Source of the DNA: an uncultured Pseudomonadales bacterium
Lineage (GTDB): Bacteria; Patescibacteriota; Microgenomatia; UBA1400; PJMF01
Length of the DNA stretch: 64,000 nucleotides
Direction: 5' to 3'
NCBI GenBank assembly: GCA_964633875.1
Contig: CAZWKL010000004.1
Location: 1,971-65,970 of the forward strand
This document shows, piece by piece, positions 30,173 to 39,349 of the stretch. Each line of letters opens with the position of its first letter. The stretch's first letter is position 1. The notes under the pieces are model-generated. The model was not told the DNA's origin, searched no databases, and saw nothing but the letters and a program-made list of their open reading frames with translations. A program made the translations under genes and the position numbers.

Positions 30173-30246
30173 TACCAGGGGTGGGATTCGAACCCACGAC
30201 CTTTGGTTTATGAATCCAATGCTCTAACCAACTGAGCTACCCTGGC
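30173..30246 (-). tRNA. tRNA with CAT anticodon (elongator Met; Ile2 not excluded)
   Basis: GCCAGGG-TA-GCTC-AGTTGGTTA-GAGC-A-TTGGA-TTCATAA-ACCAA-AGGTC-GTGGG-TTCGAAT-CCCAC-CCCTGGT-A; no encoded CCA. Confidence 0.9.
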
Positions 30247-30404
30247 TTCTAGAGCAATTATTATAGCAAAAATCTTCGGAAGATTGCGATTGAGTTTAGT
30301 TTTTACCCGCAATTGACTAAACCGCGATACATTTTGCACTTTACCAGCTAAGTTGGTATAATGAGCACTCGCTGACAAGATAGTTAACAGAAATAGCGAA
30401 AACG

Positions 30405-30473
30405 CGCGGGATAGTGTACGGTGCACGTGAGGCTCATAATCTCACAGGCTAGGTTCGACTCCTAGTCCCGCAA
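30405..30473 (+). tRNA. Initiator tRNA-Met(CAT), atypical
   Basis: CGCGGGA...TCCCGCA-A with a C1:A72 mismatch; anticodon loop CTCATAA; T arm CTAGG-TTCGACT-CCTAG. Confidence 0.88.
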
Positions 30474-30478
30474 CACTT

Positions 30479-30509
30479 AAAAAAGACTCTTGAAAAGGGG
30501 TCTTTTTTT
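30479..30509 (+). terminator. Intrinsic terminator after the initiator tRNA
   Basis: AAAAAAGACTCT-loop-GGGGTCTTTTTTT. Confidence 0.75.
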
Positions 30510-30619
30510 GCGGGAAAAAACTTTCTGCACTTTTATGCAAGATTTCATTGATATTCTGTTGCCGTAGAAATAAATAAATATGTATTTATATATTGCTAAA
30601 TATACATCTAAATGATACT

Positions 30620-30698
30620 ATGATCTCAGTAAAAAAACCTGAATCTCATTTTGAGTGGGAGGAGGGAAAAAGAACTATATGAAAGAAAACAAAGCTAA
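30620..30698 (+). pseudogene. Remnant of a BrnT-like toxin gene (internal deletion)
   Basis: MISVKKPESHFEW (BrnT N-terminal FEW motif) is joined out of frame to RREKELYERKQS* (BrnT-like C-terminus), which overlaps the antitoxin start. Confidence 0.55.
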
Positions 30699-30915
30699 GT
30701 ACACCAAAGGCCCAATAAAACAACAAGGCAAAATAGTGAGGGATTTTCTACCTTCACCAGAGGAATTGGGTTTTAATCAGCAAACCACCAAGATAACTAT
30801 TGCTTTAAGCGACTTTAGCCTCAACTTCTTTAAATCTCAGGCAAAGAAATATAACACTCAATACCAAAAGATGATTAGAGATTTGCTAGATCAGTACGCC
30901 AGCCAGCATAGATAA
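30679..30915 (+). CDS. BrnA/CopG-like RHH antitoxin
   Basis: DFLPSPEEL...KITIAL...FFKSQAKKYNTQYQKMIRDLLDQY. Confidence 0.8.
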   Translation: MKENKAKYTKGPIKQQGKIVRDFLPSPEELGFNQQTTKITIALSDFSLNFFKSQAKKYNTQYQKMIRDLLDQYASQHR

Positions 30916-30944
30916 ATCTTTCAGCCGATCCCCACAACCACTAA

Positions 30945-31307
30945 TCACCGCCACAACAACCTTTTCCACTGCTCCAGAGGAGTTTCAGCTGTTTCCGTCG
31001 CGAAATCCAGCTCTTCTTCCGGCTGCAAATCCGGCAACTGCACCACGTACTCGCCCTCTTTAACGCCCAGTAGCTGGTCCCGAATAATCTTCTCCCTGGC
31101 AAAACCGCTCTGAGCCAGAGCAGCCTGTTCCTCAAGTTGCCTCACCACTTGCCCCGCTGCCTGGATTTCCTCTTCGTTTTGCGCAATAATTTCCGCCGAC
31201 TGTAGCCTTTTTTTGCCGGTATTGTCCAAAGAAATGAAAAAAATGATACTCAGAAGTGTAAAAATAAGTAGTATGATGGGGTTTGAGATCAGTCTTAGCA
31301 TTGTCAA
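30945..31307 (-). CDS. FtsB/DivIC-like septum formation initiator
   Basis: TM, coiled coil, EKIIRDQL-GVKEGEYVV. Confidence 0.7.
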   Translation of the reverse strand: MTMLRLISNPIILLIFTLLSIIFFISLDNTGKKRLQSAEIIAQNEEEIQAAGQVVRQLEEQAALAQSGFAREKIIRDQLLGVKEGEYVVQLPDLQPEEELDFATETAETPLEQWKRLLWR

Positions 31308-31424
31308 AGAAATGGCAATATGGTAATATAAGTAGTGTTATCGGTTAAAATATGACCCTTAAACCTGTCCCTCAACTCGTAATTGTTAATAATTAGTATA
31401 GCACTGAGAGAAGCAGTCAAATTT

Positions 31425-32291
31425 ATGTCAAAAACTTTAGCAGATGCCCAGGCTCTCTATGAAGATCATCTGAGGGGCGAAGGGAAAGCCAATGCCACGG
31501 TTATTGCTTACACTAAGGATATTGAGCAATTAATTGAATTTGTGGGCAAAAAAGGCAAAACTCAGGTTGATGAAGTCAATCAAAATGACATTGAAGAGTT
31601 CAAAGAGAATCTTAAAAAACTCCGCTACACTGGCAAATCTATCTCCAGAAAAATTAACTCAATTAAGTCTTTTTTCCGCTTTCTGATTGCAGAAGGCCAC
31701 ATCGACTCCAATCCCGCCGACGAAATTGCTCATCCCAGATTTGAACAAACTCCCCCACGTGTGCTTTCCAAAGTGGAGTACCGCGCCTTGCGTGACGCCT
31801 GCAGAGGCGATTCTCGCATGGCCGCCATTGTCGAGCTGTTGCTCCAAACCGGCATGAGGATCAGTGAGCTGGCCAATTTACAAATGTCCGACCTCGATTT
31901 CGACCGCAATGTCATTTACATCCGCACCCAAAACTCCCGCGAGGCCCGCAAAGTGCCACTCAATGACGCGGCCAAAAAAGCCCTGATGGATTACCTGGAA
32001 TCCAGGCCAAGAACCAAAGAAAAAATGGTTTTTCTCACCAAAACCTGCCGGCCTTTTTTGGTCAGGAACATTCGCACCGCTATCGACCGCTACTTCAGGT
32101 TGGCAGGCATCAAAGACGCCAAGGTCAACGACCTGAGGCACACTTTCGTGATCGAGCAGCTCAAAGCCGGCACGCCGCTGGTGTATGTTTCCCAGTTGGT
32201 GGGCCACAAGAGAATTACCACCACCGAAAGATATCTCAAGTTGATCGAACAGCCTGAAATGGAACCCAATATTCAAATTGAGGAACTTTAA
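31425..32291 (+). CDS. XerC/D-family tyrosine recombinase
   Basis: SAM-like N-terminal domain (TVIAY...SISRKINSIKSFFRFL); TGMRISE, NDLRHTF, LVGH, TTERY. Confidence 0.9.
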   Translation: MSKTLADAQALYEDHLRGEGKANATVIAYTKDIEQLIEFVGKKGKTQVDEVNQNDIEEFKENLKKLRYTGKSISRKINSIKSFFRFLIAEGHIDSNPADEIAHPRFEQTPPRVLSKVEYRALRDACRGDSRMAAIVELLLQTGMRISELANLQMSDLDFDRNVIYIRTQNSREARKVPLNDAAKKALMDYLESRPRTKEKMVFLTKTCRPFLVRNIRTAIDRYFRLAGIKDAKVNDLRHTFVIEQLKAGTPLVYVSQLVGHKRITTTERYLKLIEQPEMEPNIQIEEL

Positions 32292-32294
32292 GCT

Positions 32295-32384
32295 ATGTTT
32301 TCACCGATGATCAACCAAATTATCACCCAACTGGCTTGGTGGCGAGACTCTCTCAGCTTCGTGAGGGCAAGTTGGTGGCGCTAA
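32295..32384 (+). CDS. Putative Trp leader peptide MFSPMINQIITQLAWWRDSLSFVRASWWR
   Basis: 29-codon ORF with two TGG-TGG pairs; GAGGA RBS within the end of the xer gene; followed by a terminator and trpS. Confidence 0.75.
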   Translation: MFSPMINQIITQLAWWRDSLSFVRASWWR

Positions 32385-32405
32385 ATTTCATTTAGTTTCA
32401 TAGCC

Positions 32406-32430
32406 AAAGCTCCCTCACGGGAGCTTTTTT
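32406..32430 (+). terminator. Attenuator terminator upstream of trpS
   Basis: AAAGCTCCC-TCAC-GGGAGCTTTTTT. Confidence 0.8.
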
Positions 32431-32475
32431 ACGGTCCATTTTACGATACAATAGCAAAATAATAAGGAAAAATTT

Positions 32476-33459
32476 ATGAAAAAACGAGTCTTATCCGGCA
32501 TTAGATCCACAGGCAAACTGCACTTAGGTAATTACTTGGGTGCAGTTAAAGGCATGATTGATCTGCAAAACAACCCGGATTACGAAACTATCTACATGGT
32601 GGCTGATGTGCACACCCTCACCACGCCATATGATATCGAGGCCCTCAGGCAGAACCGCCGCGAGATTATTGTAGATTACTTGGCGGCCGGTTTGGATCCG
32701 GAGAAAAGCATTTTATTTCAGCAGGCTAACGTGAGTGAGCATCTGGAGTTGGCTTTCTACTTTGCCTCGGTAACGACAGTGGCCAAGATGCAACACCTGC
32801 CGACTTTTAAGGACAAGGTGAAACAACACCCTGATCATGCCACCTTGGCTTTGCTCAATTATCCGATGTTGATGGCGGCCGATATTCTGATTTACAAAGC
32901 CTCTTTGGTGCCGGTGGGCCTTGATCAGGAGCCGCACTTGGAGGCCACCAGGCAAGTAGCGCGCAAGTTCAACCAGGTTTATGGCACCGATTTTCCCGAA
33001 CCGCAGCGTTTTACCACTCCAGGTGAGTACGTGCCCTCACTTACCGGCGAAGGCAAAATGAGTAAATCGGTGCCGGGTAGTTACATCAATCTGGTTGATG
33101 ACTTGGCAACGATCCAGAAAAGAATTGCCGCCGTGCCGACCGATTCAGGCCAAGGTGATCTTATTCCTCAGAGCGGTGGGGTAGCTGGTTTGCTGACTTT
33201 GGTGGAGTTGATTGAGGGCCAGGAACAGCGCCGTCAATATGAAGAGCAGTACCTTGGCGCGGGTTTGCGCTATGGTGAGCTGAAAAAGCAGTTGGCTCAG
33301 GCCATTTATGATGAGCTGGCTTCATTTAGGGAAAAGCGGGCCGAGATGATGGCCAATCCCGATTATGTAGATGCAGTGATCGTTGAAGGCGCCAAAAAAG
33401 CTCAGGCTATTGCTGGAGCTACTTTGGCAGAAGTTAAAGAAAAAATTGGCCTAGTTTAA
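32476..33459 (+). CDS. trpS: Tryptophanyl-tRNA synthetase
   Basis: HLGNY, YPMLMAADIL, VPVGLDQ, KMSKS. Confidence 0.97.
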   Translation: MKKRVLSGIRSTGKLHLGNYLGAVKGMIDLQNNPDYETIYMVADVHTLTTPYDIEALRQNRREIIVDYLAAGLDPEKSILFQQANVSEHLELAFYFASVTTVAKMQHLPTFKDKVKQHPDHATLALLNYPMLMAADILIYKASLVPVGLDQEPHLEATRQVARKFNQVYGTDFPEPQRFTTPGEYVPSLTGEGKMSKSVPGSYINLVDDLATIQKRIAAVPTDSGQGDLIPQSGGVAGLLTLVELIEGQEQRRQYEEQYLGAGLRYGELKKQLAQAIYDELASFREKRAEMMANPDYVDAVIVEGAKKAQAIAGATLAEVKEKIGLV

Positions 33460-33486
33460 CAGCCAAAGCAAAAAAGGGGGATAAGA

Positions 33487-33819
33487 ATGAAACCAAGTAT
33501 TAACTTTGAAGATTTCATGAAGCTGGATATTCGCGCGGCGACAGTGCTTGCCGCTGAAGAAATAGCCGGCGCGGACAAACTTTATCAGCTCACTTTAGAT
33601 GTGGGCGAGTTGGGGGAGCGGACAGTAGCAGCCGGCATTAAAGCCTGGTATAGTGCTGAGGAACTGGTGGGCAAGCAAGTAGTTTACTTGGCCAATCTGG
33701 AGCCGCGCTTGCTTAGAGGAGTGGAAAGCCAGGGCATGATTTTGGCGGCGGACAATGAAGAGTCAGCTGTTCTCCTCACTCCGGAAACCGCGGTTGTTAG
33801 TGGAGCGCTGGTCAGATAA
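33487..33819 (+). CDS. Stand-alone tRNA-binding OB-fold (MetG C-terminal / Trbp111-like)
   Basis: FEDFMKLDIR...ADKL...NLEPR..RGVESQGMILAA. Confidence 0.88.
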   Translation: MKPSINFEDFMKLDIRAATVLAAEEIAGADKLYQLTLDVGELGERTVAAGIKAWYSAEELVGKQVVYLANLEPRLLRGVESQGMILAADNEESAVLLTPETAVVSGALVR

Positions 33820-33834
33820 TATTAAGTTTCTGTG

Positions 33835-33861
33835 TTAGCAAATCAAAGATTACTCTGCTAA
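33835..33861. promoter_or_regulatory. CIRCE-like operator upstream of ftsH
   Basis: TTAGCAAAT-N9-CTCTGCTAA. Confidence 0.65.
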
Positions 33862-33920
33862 ATAATGCTAGCTTAAGAGAGGGTTGCGTGCTAGAATAAG
33901 TTCGTCTTTAAGGCAAGAAT

Positions 33921-36900
33921 ATGGAAAAAAACACTCAAAAACCGACCGAACAAGCTCATAAATCCAACCAGAAAATTGTTCCTTCCATGTCTAAAAATCC
34001 CGTTAAAAAAACTGGTGCTAATGGTACTAATGGTGCTAAGAAAAACGACCAGCTGCTGCCAAAAATTGAGATGCCCATGAATGTGAACAATATTTACAAC
34101 AAGGGTCTTTTATATTTTATCCTGGGCACCATAGCGATGATTTTCTTTTTCTCGCTTTTTTCCTCTGAGCCGGCGCAAGAAATTTCTATCAGCGAGCTGG
34201 TCCAGGATATTCGGAACGAGCAGGTTGAAAAGATTGTTGTTTCCGGCGATGAGTTGCGCGCCACTTACTCGGACGAGAGTTTGCGCACTGTGCAGAAGGA
34301 ATCAGGCCAGAGCGCCGTGGAAATTTTTGAAGCGGCCAATCTTGATCTGGCCGAGGTTGAGCTTGAGGTGGAAGCTTTTTCGTTTGGCTCGATGATTTGG
34401 GAATTGGTGATCAGTTTGTTGCCGATTCTGTTGATGATCGGCTTTTTCTTTATTATTTTCCGTCAGGCTAAGGGCGGCCAGGCCGGCATTATGGGTATTG
34501 GCAAAAGCAAGGCGAAGCTGTTTGTTAAAGGCAAGCAGAACACTAGTTTTAATGATGTGGGTGGAATGGATGAGGCTAAAAAAGAGTTGGAAGAGGTAGT
34601 CGACTTTTTGAAAAATCCCAAAAAGTATGCCAAAGTTGGCGCCCGCACACCCAAAGGCGTGCTTTTAGTGGGCCCAGCCGGCACAGGCAAATGTGTCACA
34701 GGAGATACTATTGTTTGGACCAACAAAGGCTTGATGGAGATTAGGGAAATTCCCCGCTATTACTACGTTGATCCGCAATCGCATCAAGTTGCGGGAGCCG
34801 GATTGACTAGTTTTAACCTTGAAGACACTGTTGCCACCGATCAGCTTGCCTCACATTGGTACGATTTGGGTGAGCAGGAAACCATTAAGGTACAACTTAA
34901 ACAGGGTCTTTCTCTTGAGGGCACGCCAGAGCATCCGGTGGTGGTGATGACAAGTGAAGGTAAATTGAAATTTCGCCAACTCAAAGATCTGCAATTGGGT
35001 GATCAATTAGCAATTCAGTATGGCAGCCAGGCTTTTGGCAATCTTGATTTGGTAGATGAAGATACAGCGTACTTGATGGGGTTGCTAACGGGAGACGGCA
35101 ATATGAGCCACTCAAGTCGGGTTGGTTTGACCAACATCGACGATGAGATCATCACCTTTTTTAAACGGTTCGTTCTCGAAAGGTTTGGCGAAGCCAAGTT
35201 AACCAAGAACAATCAATCTTACCTAGTTTCTAATTGGGATTTTAAGCGCTATCTCTACCAGATGGGCATGTCCTACTTGCTCTCTTTTGACAAAGCAGTT
35301 CCTCCGACTATTCTCCAGGCTAAGAAAGCAGTGCAGGTCAAATTTTTACAGGGGTTATTTGATGCTGATGGGTCTATTGGCAAAACTCGGGCTGAGTTTG
35401 AGTACACTACCGTTAGCGAACGGATGGCACGACAGGTGCAGATGATGCTTTTGAATCTTGGGGTAGTGGCGAGTCTGAATGAGAAAGGCAGGGTTGCCAA
35501 CGGTTACAAGCGCCCTGTGTACAGAATTACTCTCACCGGGGATAGGTTGAAGGTCTTTGGCCAGCAGGTAGGTTTCATGCTCACCAGAAAACAACAGTTG
35601 CTCGAAGCTCATCTTGATAAGAAATTGAGCAGCAATACCAACATCGATATCATTCCTGGTATTTCACAGCTAATGGTGGAGGCCTGGACGAGCCTATCTG
35701 AGCAGCAACTCAGCCATGAAAAACTATCAAAGACAATTGATAAAGTTAGAAGAAGGTTGCGCGTTTCTAGAAACACCTTGACAGAGTTTGTGCGCTATTG
35801 TTCGGCGCTGGCTATCGAAGTGCCTCACCTCGAGTATCTGCGCAGTTTGCTTGAAGCCAACTTATTCTTTTCTCCAGTGGTGCAGATTCAGCCAGCCTAC
35901 AACCGCGTGTATGATTTTACTGTACCCAAGACCCACAGCTTTTTAGGTAATGGACTGATTAACCATAATACTCTGTTGGCCCGCGCAGTTGCCGGGGAAG
36001 CCAACGTTCAGTTTCTTTCGATTGCCGGCAGTGAGTTTATGGAGATGTTGGTGGGTGTGGGGGCTTCTCGGGTGCGGGATCTTTTCACTACGGCTAAAAA
36101 ATTGGCGCCCTCGATTATTTTCATTGATGAAATTGATGCGATTGGCCAAACCAGAGGTAAGGGGAGTTTTGGCGGCCATGACGAGCGCGAGCAGACTCTC
36201 AACCAAATCTTGGTAGAAATGGATGGCTTTGATCAAAACGACAACGTTATTGTCATGGCCGCCACCAACCGCGGCGACATGCTCGACGCTGCCCTGATTC
36301 GCCCAGGCCGCTTCGACCGGCGGGTGATGGTGCGCTTGCCCGATCTGGAAGAGCGCAAGTACATTATTTCCATCCACGCCAAAGGCAAGCCTTTTGCCAA
36401 AGAAGTGAAGTGGGAGAGAGTGGCCAAAAGAACGGTCGGTTTTTCAGGCGCCGATATCGAAAACATGCTCAACGAAGCCGCCATTGCGGTTGCTCGCGAA
36501 TCCAGAAAAGAGATTACCATGGAGGACATCGAAGAAGCGGCGCTCAAGGTTAAGTTAGGACCGAGTAAGAAACAACTTTCCAGCAAACTGGAGCGAACCA
36601 TGACGGCTTATCACGAAGCCGGCCACGCTATCGTTGCTCATGCTTCAGCCCATGCCGACGCAGTCACCCGGATTTCTATCGTTTCCCGCGGTCATGCCCT
36701 GGGTTTTACCGTCAGCTCTCCCGAGAGAGACAAGTTCCAAACCACTAAGTCGGAGTTACTTGATCGTATTACCGTTCTGCTTGGTGGCCGGGCGGCGGAG
36801 CAGATGATCTTCAATGAACAAACCGCCGGCGCAGGCAACGACATTGAAAGAGCCACCAGAATTGCCAGAGCCATGGTGGTGGAATACGGCATGAGTGAGT

Positions 36901-37220
36901 TGGGAGCCATGAACTATGCCCCGCTCTATGACAACGCCGATTATGGCAGATCCTGGAACGAACCACTGAGGATTTCTGACCGCTTGCAGGAGAAGGTTGA
37001 TGAGCAGGTTAATAAAATTATTCAAGAGGGTGAAAAACGGGCTGCTGAGCTCCTTAAAACTCATAAGAAAAAGCTGGATAAAGTTTCCAATCGATTGCTG
37101 GAAATAGAAACCCTTGATGGCGATGAGTTTGCCAGACTGATGGGTTTCAAAAAAATCAAAATTGATGACGCTTACGACTTAGCTGAAAACGGTACCAATG
37201 AAAGCGAAGACGAAGCTTAA
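33921..37220 (+). CDS. ftsH: ATP-dependent zinc metalloprotease FtsH precursor containing an intein
   Basis: Two TMs; GPAGTGK|intein|TLLARA; IIFIDEID; RPGRFDR; HEAGH. Confidence 0.96.
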   Translation: MEKNTQKPTEQAHKSNQKIVPSMSKNPVKKTGANGTNGAKKNDQLLPKIEMPMNVNNIYNKGLLYFILGTIAMIFFFSLFSSEPAQEISISELVQDIRNEQVEKIVVSGDELRATYSDESLRTVQKESGQSAVEIFEAANLDLAEVELEVEAFSFGSMIWELVISLLPILLMIGFFFIIFRQAKGGQAGIMGIGKSKAKLFVKGKQNTSFNDVGGMDEAKKELEEVVDFLKNPKKYAKVGARTPKGVLLVGPAGTGKCVTGDTIVWTNKGLMEIREIPRYYYVDPQSHQVAGAGLTSFNLEDTVATDQLASHWYDLGEQETIKVQLKQGLSLEGTPEHPVVVMTSEGKLKFRQLKDLQLGDQLAIQYGSQAFGNLDLVDEDTAYLMGLLTGDGNMSHSSRVGLTNIDDEIITFFKRFVLERFGEAKLTKNNQSYLVSNWDFKRYLYQMGMSYLLSFDKAVPPTILQAKKAVQVKFLQGLFDADGSIGKTRAEFEYTTVSERMARQVQMMLLNLGVVASLNEKGRVANGYKRPVYRITLTGDRLKVFGQQVGFMLTRKQQLLEAHLDKKLSSNTNIDIIPGISQLMVEAWTSLSEQQLSHEKLSKTIDKVRRRLRVSRNTLTEFVRYCSALAIEVPHLEYLRSLLEANLFFSPVVQIQPAYNRVYDFTVPKTHSFLGNGLINHNTLLARAVAGEANVQFLSIAGSEFMEMLVGVGASRVRDLFTTAKKLAPSIIFIDEIDAIGQTRGKGSFGGHDEREQTLNQILVEMDGFDQNDNVIVMAATNRGDMLDAALIRPGRFDRRVMVRLPDLEERKYIISIHAKGKPFAKEVKWERVAKRTVGFSGADIENMLNEAAIAVARESRKEITMEDIEEAALKVKLGPSKKQLSSKLERTMTAYHEAGHAIVAHASAHADAVTRISIVSRGHALGFTVSSPERDKFQTTKSELLDRITVLLGGRAAEQMIFNEQTAGAGNDIERATRIARAMVVEYGMSELGAMNYAPLYDNADYGRSWNEPLRISDRLQEKVDEQVNKIIQEGEKRAAELLKTHKKKLDKVSNRLLEIETLDGDEFARLMGFKKIKIDDAYDLAENGTNESEDEA
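34692..35969 (+). mobile_element. Intein with LAGLIDADG homing endonuclease (426 aa)
   Basis: Starts CVTGDT; block B TPEHP; LMGLLTGDG and [10 protein letters not shown]; block F VYDFTV; ends HN; +1 residue is Thr. Confidence 0.95.
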
Positions 37221-37231
37221 ATACAACTAGG

Positions 37232-38218
37232 TTGAAAATGACTGATCAGACTTTTTTAGATAACTTCCAAGAAGAGGAGCGAAGAGGCAGATTTGTTCTG
37301 GTTGATGGTCACGCTTTAATTTACCGGGCTTATCACGCTTTTCCTGCTCTCACCAACTCCGCCGGGCAACTGGTGAACGCAGTTTATGGCTTCAGCCGAA
37401 TTTTGCTCAACGCTATTAATGATTTTGGTCCTGAGTACATCGCGGTGGCTTTTGATCATAAAGCTCCCACCAAACGCTCAGAAACTTTTGTGGCCTACAA
37501 AGCCCATCGTCCCAAGATGCCTGACGACTTAGTGCCGCAAATCGATATTATTAAAGACGTGATTGATGTTCTTAATATTCCCAGATTTGAGCAAGCTGGT
37601 TATGAAGCTGATGATTTGATCGGCACGGTGGCTGCCAGGCTCACTTTAGAGAAAAATCCCACTCAGTCGGGCGAGTTGCTTACCACCATTGTGACGGGTG
37701 ACAAAGACATGTTGCAGCTGGTTGATGATGACACTCATGTTTTCATTCCTGGGCGCGGCAAGTTCAGCCGGGACATCGAGTATAACGAAGACACAGTGAT
37801 GGAAAAACTCGGTATTCACCCCAACCAAGTGGTGGATTTCAAAGCCTTGATGGGTGATCCGTCGGACAATATTCCCGGGGTAAAAGGAGTGGGCAAAAAA
37901 ACCGCCCAAAAACTGATCCAAACTTTTGGCACGCTCGATCAACTCTACACGGCGGTGGAAACAGGCTCACAGCCGGAGCTTCTTAAAGGGGCGCTGCTTG
38001 ATAAACTCAAGGCAGAAAAGACTACCGCCTATCTCAGTCAAGAACTAGCCACTATTCTCAGAGATATTCCGATTGATTTTTCTCTGGAAAGCTGCCGGGT
38101 TTCAGAATATGATAAAACTAAAGTGGTGGAACTTTTCAAAACCCACGACTTTAATTCATTAATCAGACTGCTGCCTAATGACAAATTCGAACAAGGTGTC
38201 CAAGATGCCCTTTTTTAG
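37232..38218 (+). CDS. Stand-alone 5'-3' exonuclease / flap endonuclease (PolA N-terminal domain)
   Basis: LVDGHALIYRAYHA, YKAHR, GYEADD, TGDKD, GDPSDNIPGVKGVGKKTA; no polymerase domain. Confidence 0.93.
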   Translation: MKMTDQTFLDNFQEEERRGRFVLVDGHALIYRAYHAFPALTNSAGQLVNAVYGFSRILLNAINDFGPEYIAVAFDHKAPTKRSETFVAYKAHRPKMPDDLVPQIDIIKDVIDVLNIPRFEQAGYEADDLIGTVAARLTLEKNPTQSGELLTTIVTGDKDMLQLVDDDTHVFIPGRGKFSRDIEYNEDTVMEKLGIHPNQVVDFKALMGDPSDNIPGVKGVGKKTAQKLIQTFGTLDQLYTAVETGSQPELLKGALLDKLKAEKTTAYLSQELATILRDIPIDFSLESCRVSEYDKTKVVELFKTHDFNSLIRLLPNDKFEQGVQDALF

Positions 38219-38227
38219 GAATACCAG

Positions 38228-39322
38228 ATGAAAGTAGCGCTGGTTCACGACTATCTCCGGGACTATGGCGGCGCTGAGCGCGTGCTTGAAGCGTTGCACC
38301 GAATGTTTCCGGATGCGCCGGTGTATGTGGCTTTTGTGGATCGGCAAAAGCTGGGGATTCATTGGGAAAAGTTTGCTGATTGGGATTTACGCCAAAGTTG
38401 GCTGACTAGAATTCCTTTCTATAAAAAGCTCTTTTCACCTTTGCGAGTCTGGGCGCCCAATTATTTCCAAGCCTTTGATCTCAGCGATTTTGATTTAGTT
38501 ATTTCCTCGAGTAACGCCTATTTTTCCAAAGCGGTAAGAGTGCCCAACGGCACTCATGTTTGTTATTGCCACACACCCGCCCGCTCTTTGTATGGTTACA
38601 CCACCATGACGGATTGGCAGAAAAACTGGCTGGTGAAGCTGGGTGGCAACCTAATCAATCATTACTTGCGGGTGGTGGATTTTCAGATAGCGCGGAAAGT
38701 GGCTTATTTTATTGCTAATTCCCAGGAAACTCAGCGGCGGATTACCAAATTTTACCGCCGCGATTCAACCGTGATTTATCCGCCGATTGCAATGCCGGAA
38801 AAATTGCCGGCCCAGAAAAAGCTAGGCGATTACTACCTTCATGTTGGCCGGATTGCCAGAAGCAAGCACGTGGATCTAGCCATTGAAGCCTGTACCAAAT
38901 TGGGTTTACCGCTGAAAGTTGGCGGGGCTCAGGGTATTAGCCACCTGGAAAAATTAGCCGGGCCGACGGTGGAGTTGCTGGGCGAAGTGACTGATGAACA
39001 GTTGCAAGAACTGTACTCGGGCGCCAAAGCGCTCTTGTTTCCGGCAGAAGATGAAGATTTCGGCATGATTCCGGTGGAAGCCATGGGCTATGGGGTGCCA
39101 GTGATTGCTCACCGCTCCGGCGGACCCTTGGAAAGCATTGCTGAGGGTAAAACCGGCGTCTTTTTCGATGAGTTTACCCCCGAAAGTTTAGCCGCCGCCA
39201 TCAAGAAAGCAGACAAAATCAGTTGGGACCGCCGAAAAATTCACGCTCACGCCAAGCAGTTCAGCACCGCTGCTTTCGAAAAAAATCTCCGTCAATTCTT
39301 GAAGACTTTGTTGACAACTTAG
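38228..39322 (+). CDS. GT4 family glycosyltransferase
   Basis: KVALVHDYL..GGAERV, EDFGMIPVEAM. Confidence 0.92.
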   Translation: MKVALVHDYLRDYGGAERVLEALHRMFPDAPVYVAFVDRQKLGIHWEKFADWDLRQSWLTRIPFYKKLFSPLRVWAPNYFQAFDLSDFDLVISSSNAYFSKAVRVPNGTHVCYCHTPARSLYGYTTMTDWQKNWLVKLGGNLINHYLRVVDFQIARKVAYFIANSQETQRRITKFYRRDSTVIYPPIAMPEKLPAQKKLGDYYLHVGRIARSKHVDLAIEACTKLGLPLKVGGAQGISHLEKLAGPTVELLGEVTDEQLQELYSGAKALLFPAEDEDFGMIPVEAMGYGVPVIAHRSGGPLESIAEGKTGVFFDEFTPESLAAAIKKADKISWDRRKIHAHAKQFSTAAFEKNLRQFLKTLLTT

Positions 39323-39345
39323 CAAACACGTTCTATTATTGCTAA
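39311..39345 (+). promoter_or_regulatory. hrcA promoter overlapped by CIRCE
   Basis: TTGACA (39311)-17 bp-TATTAT (39334); TTAGCAAAC-N9-TATTGCTAA at 39319-39345. Confidence 0.8.
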
Positions 39346-39349
39346 TAGG

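Noticed and set aside
30208-30426. 72-aa ORF, and the 5' extension of pgeF to 30197
   Set aside because: Both overlap tRNA genes.
30405-32291. tRNA-integrated island mobilised by the tyrosine recombinase
   Set aside because: No att duplication was seen, a housekeeping ftsB-like gene lies between them, and the recombinase looks Xer-like.
32292-32475. T-box riboswitch before trpS
   Set aside because: No AAGGTGGTACC-like T-box antiterminator or specifier stem I; the leader peptide explains the TGGTGG motifs.
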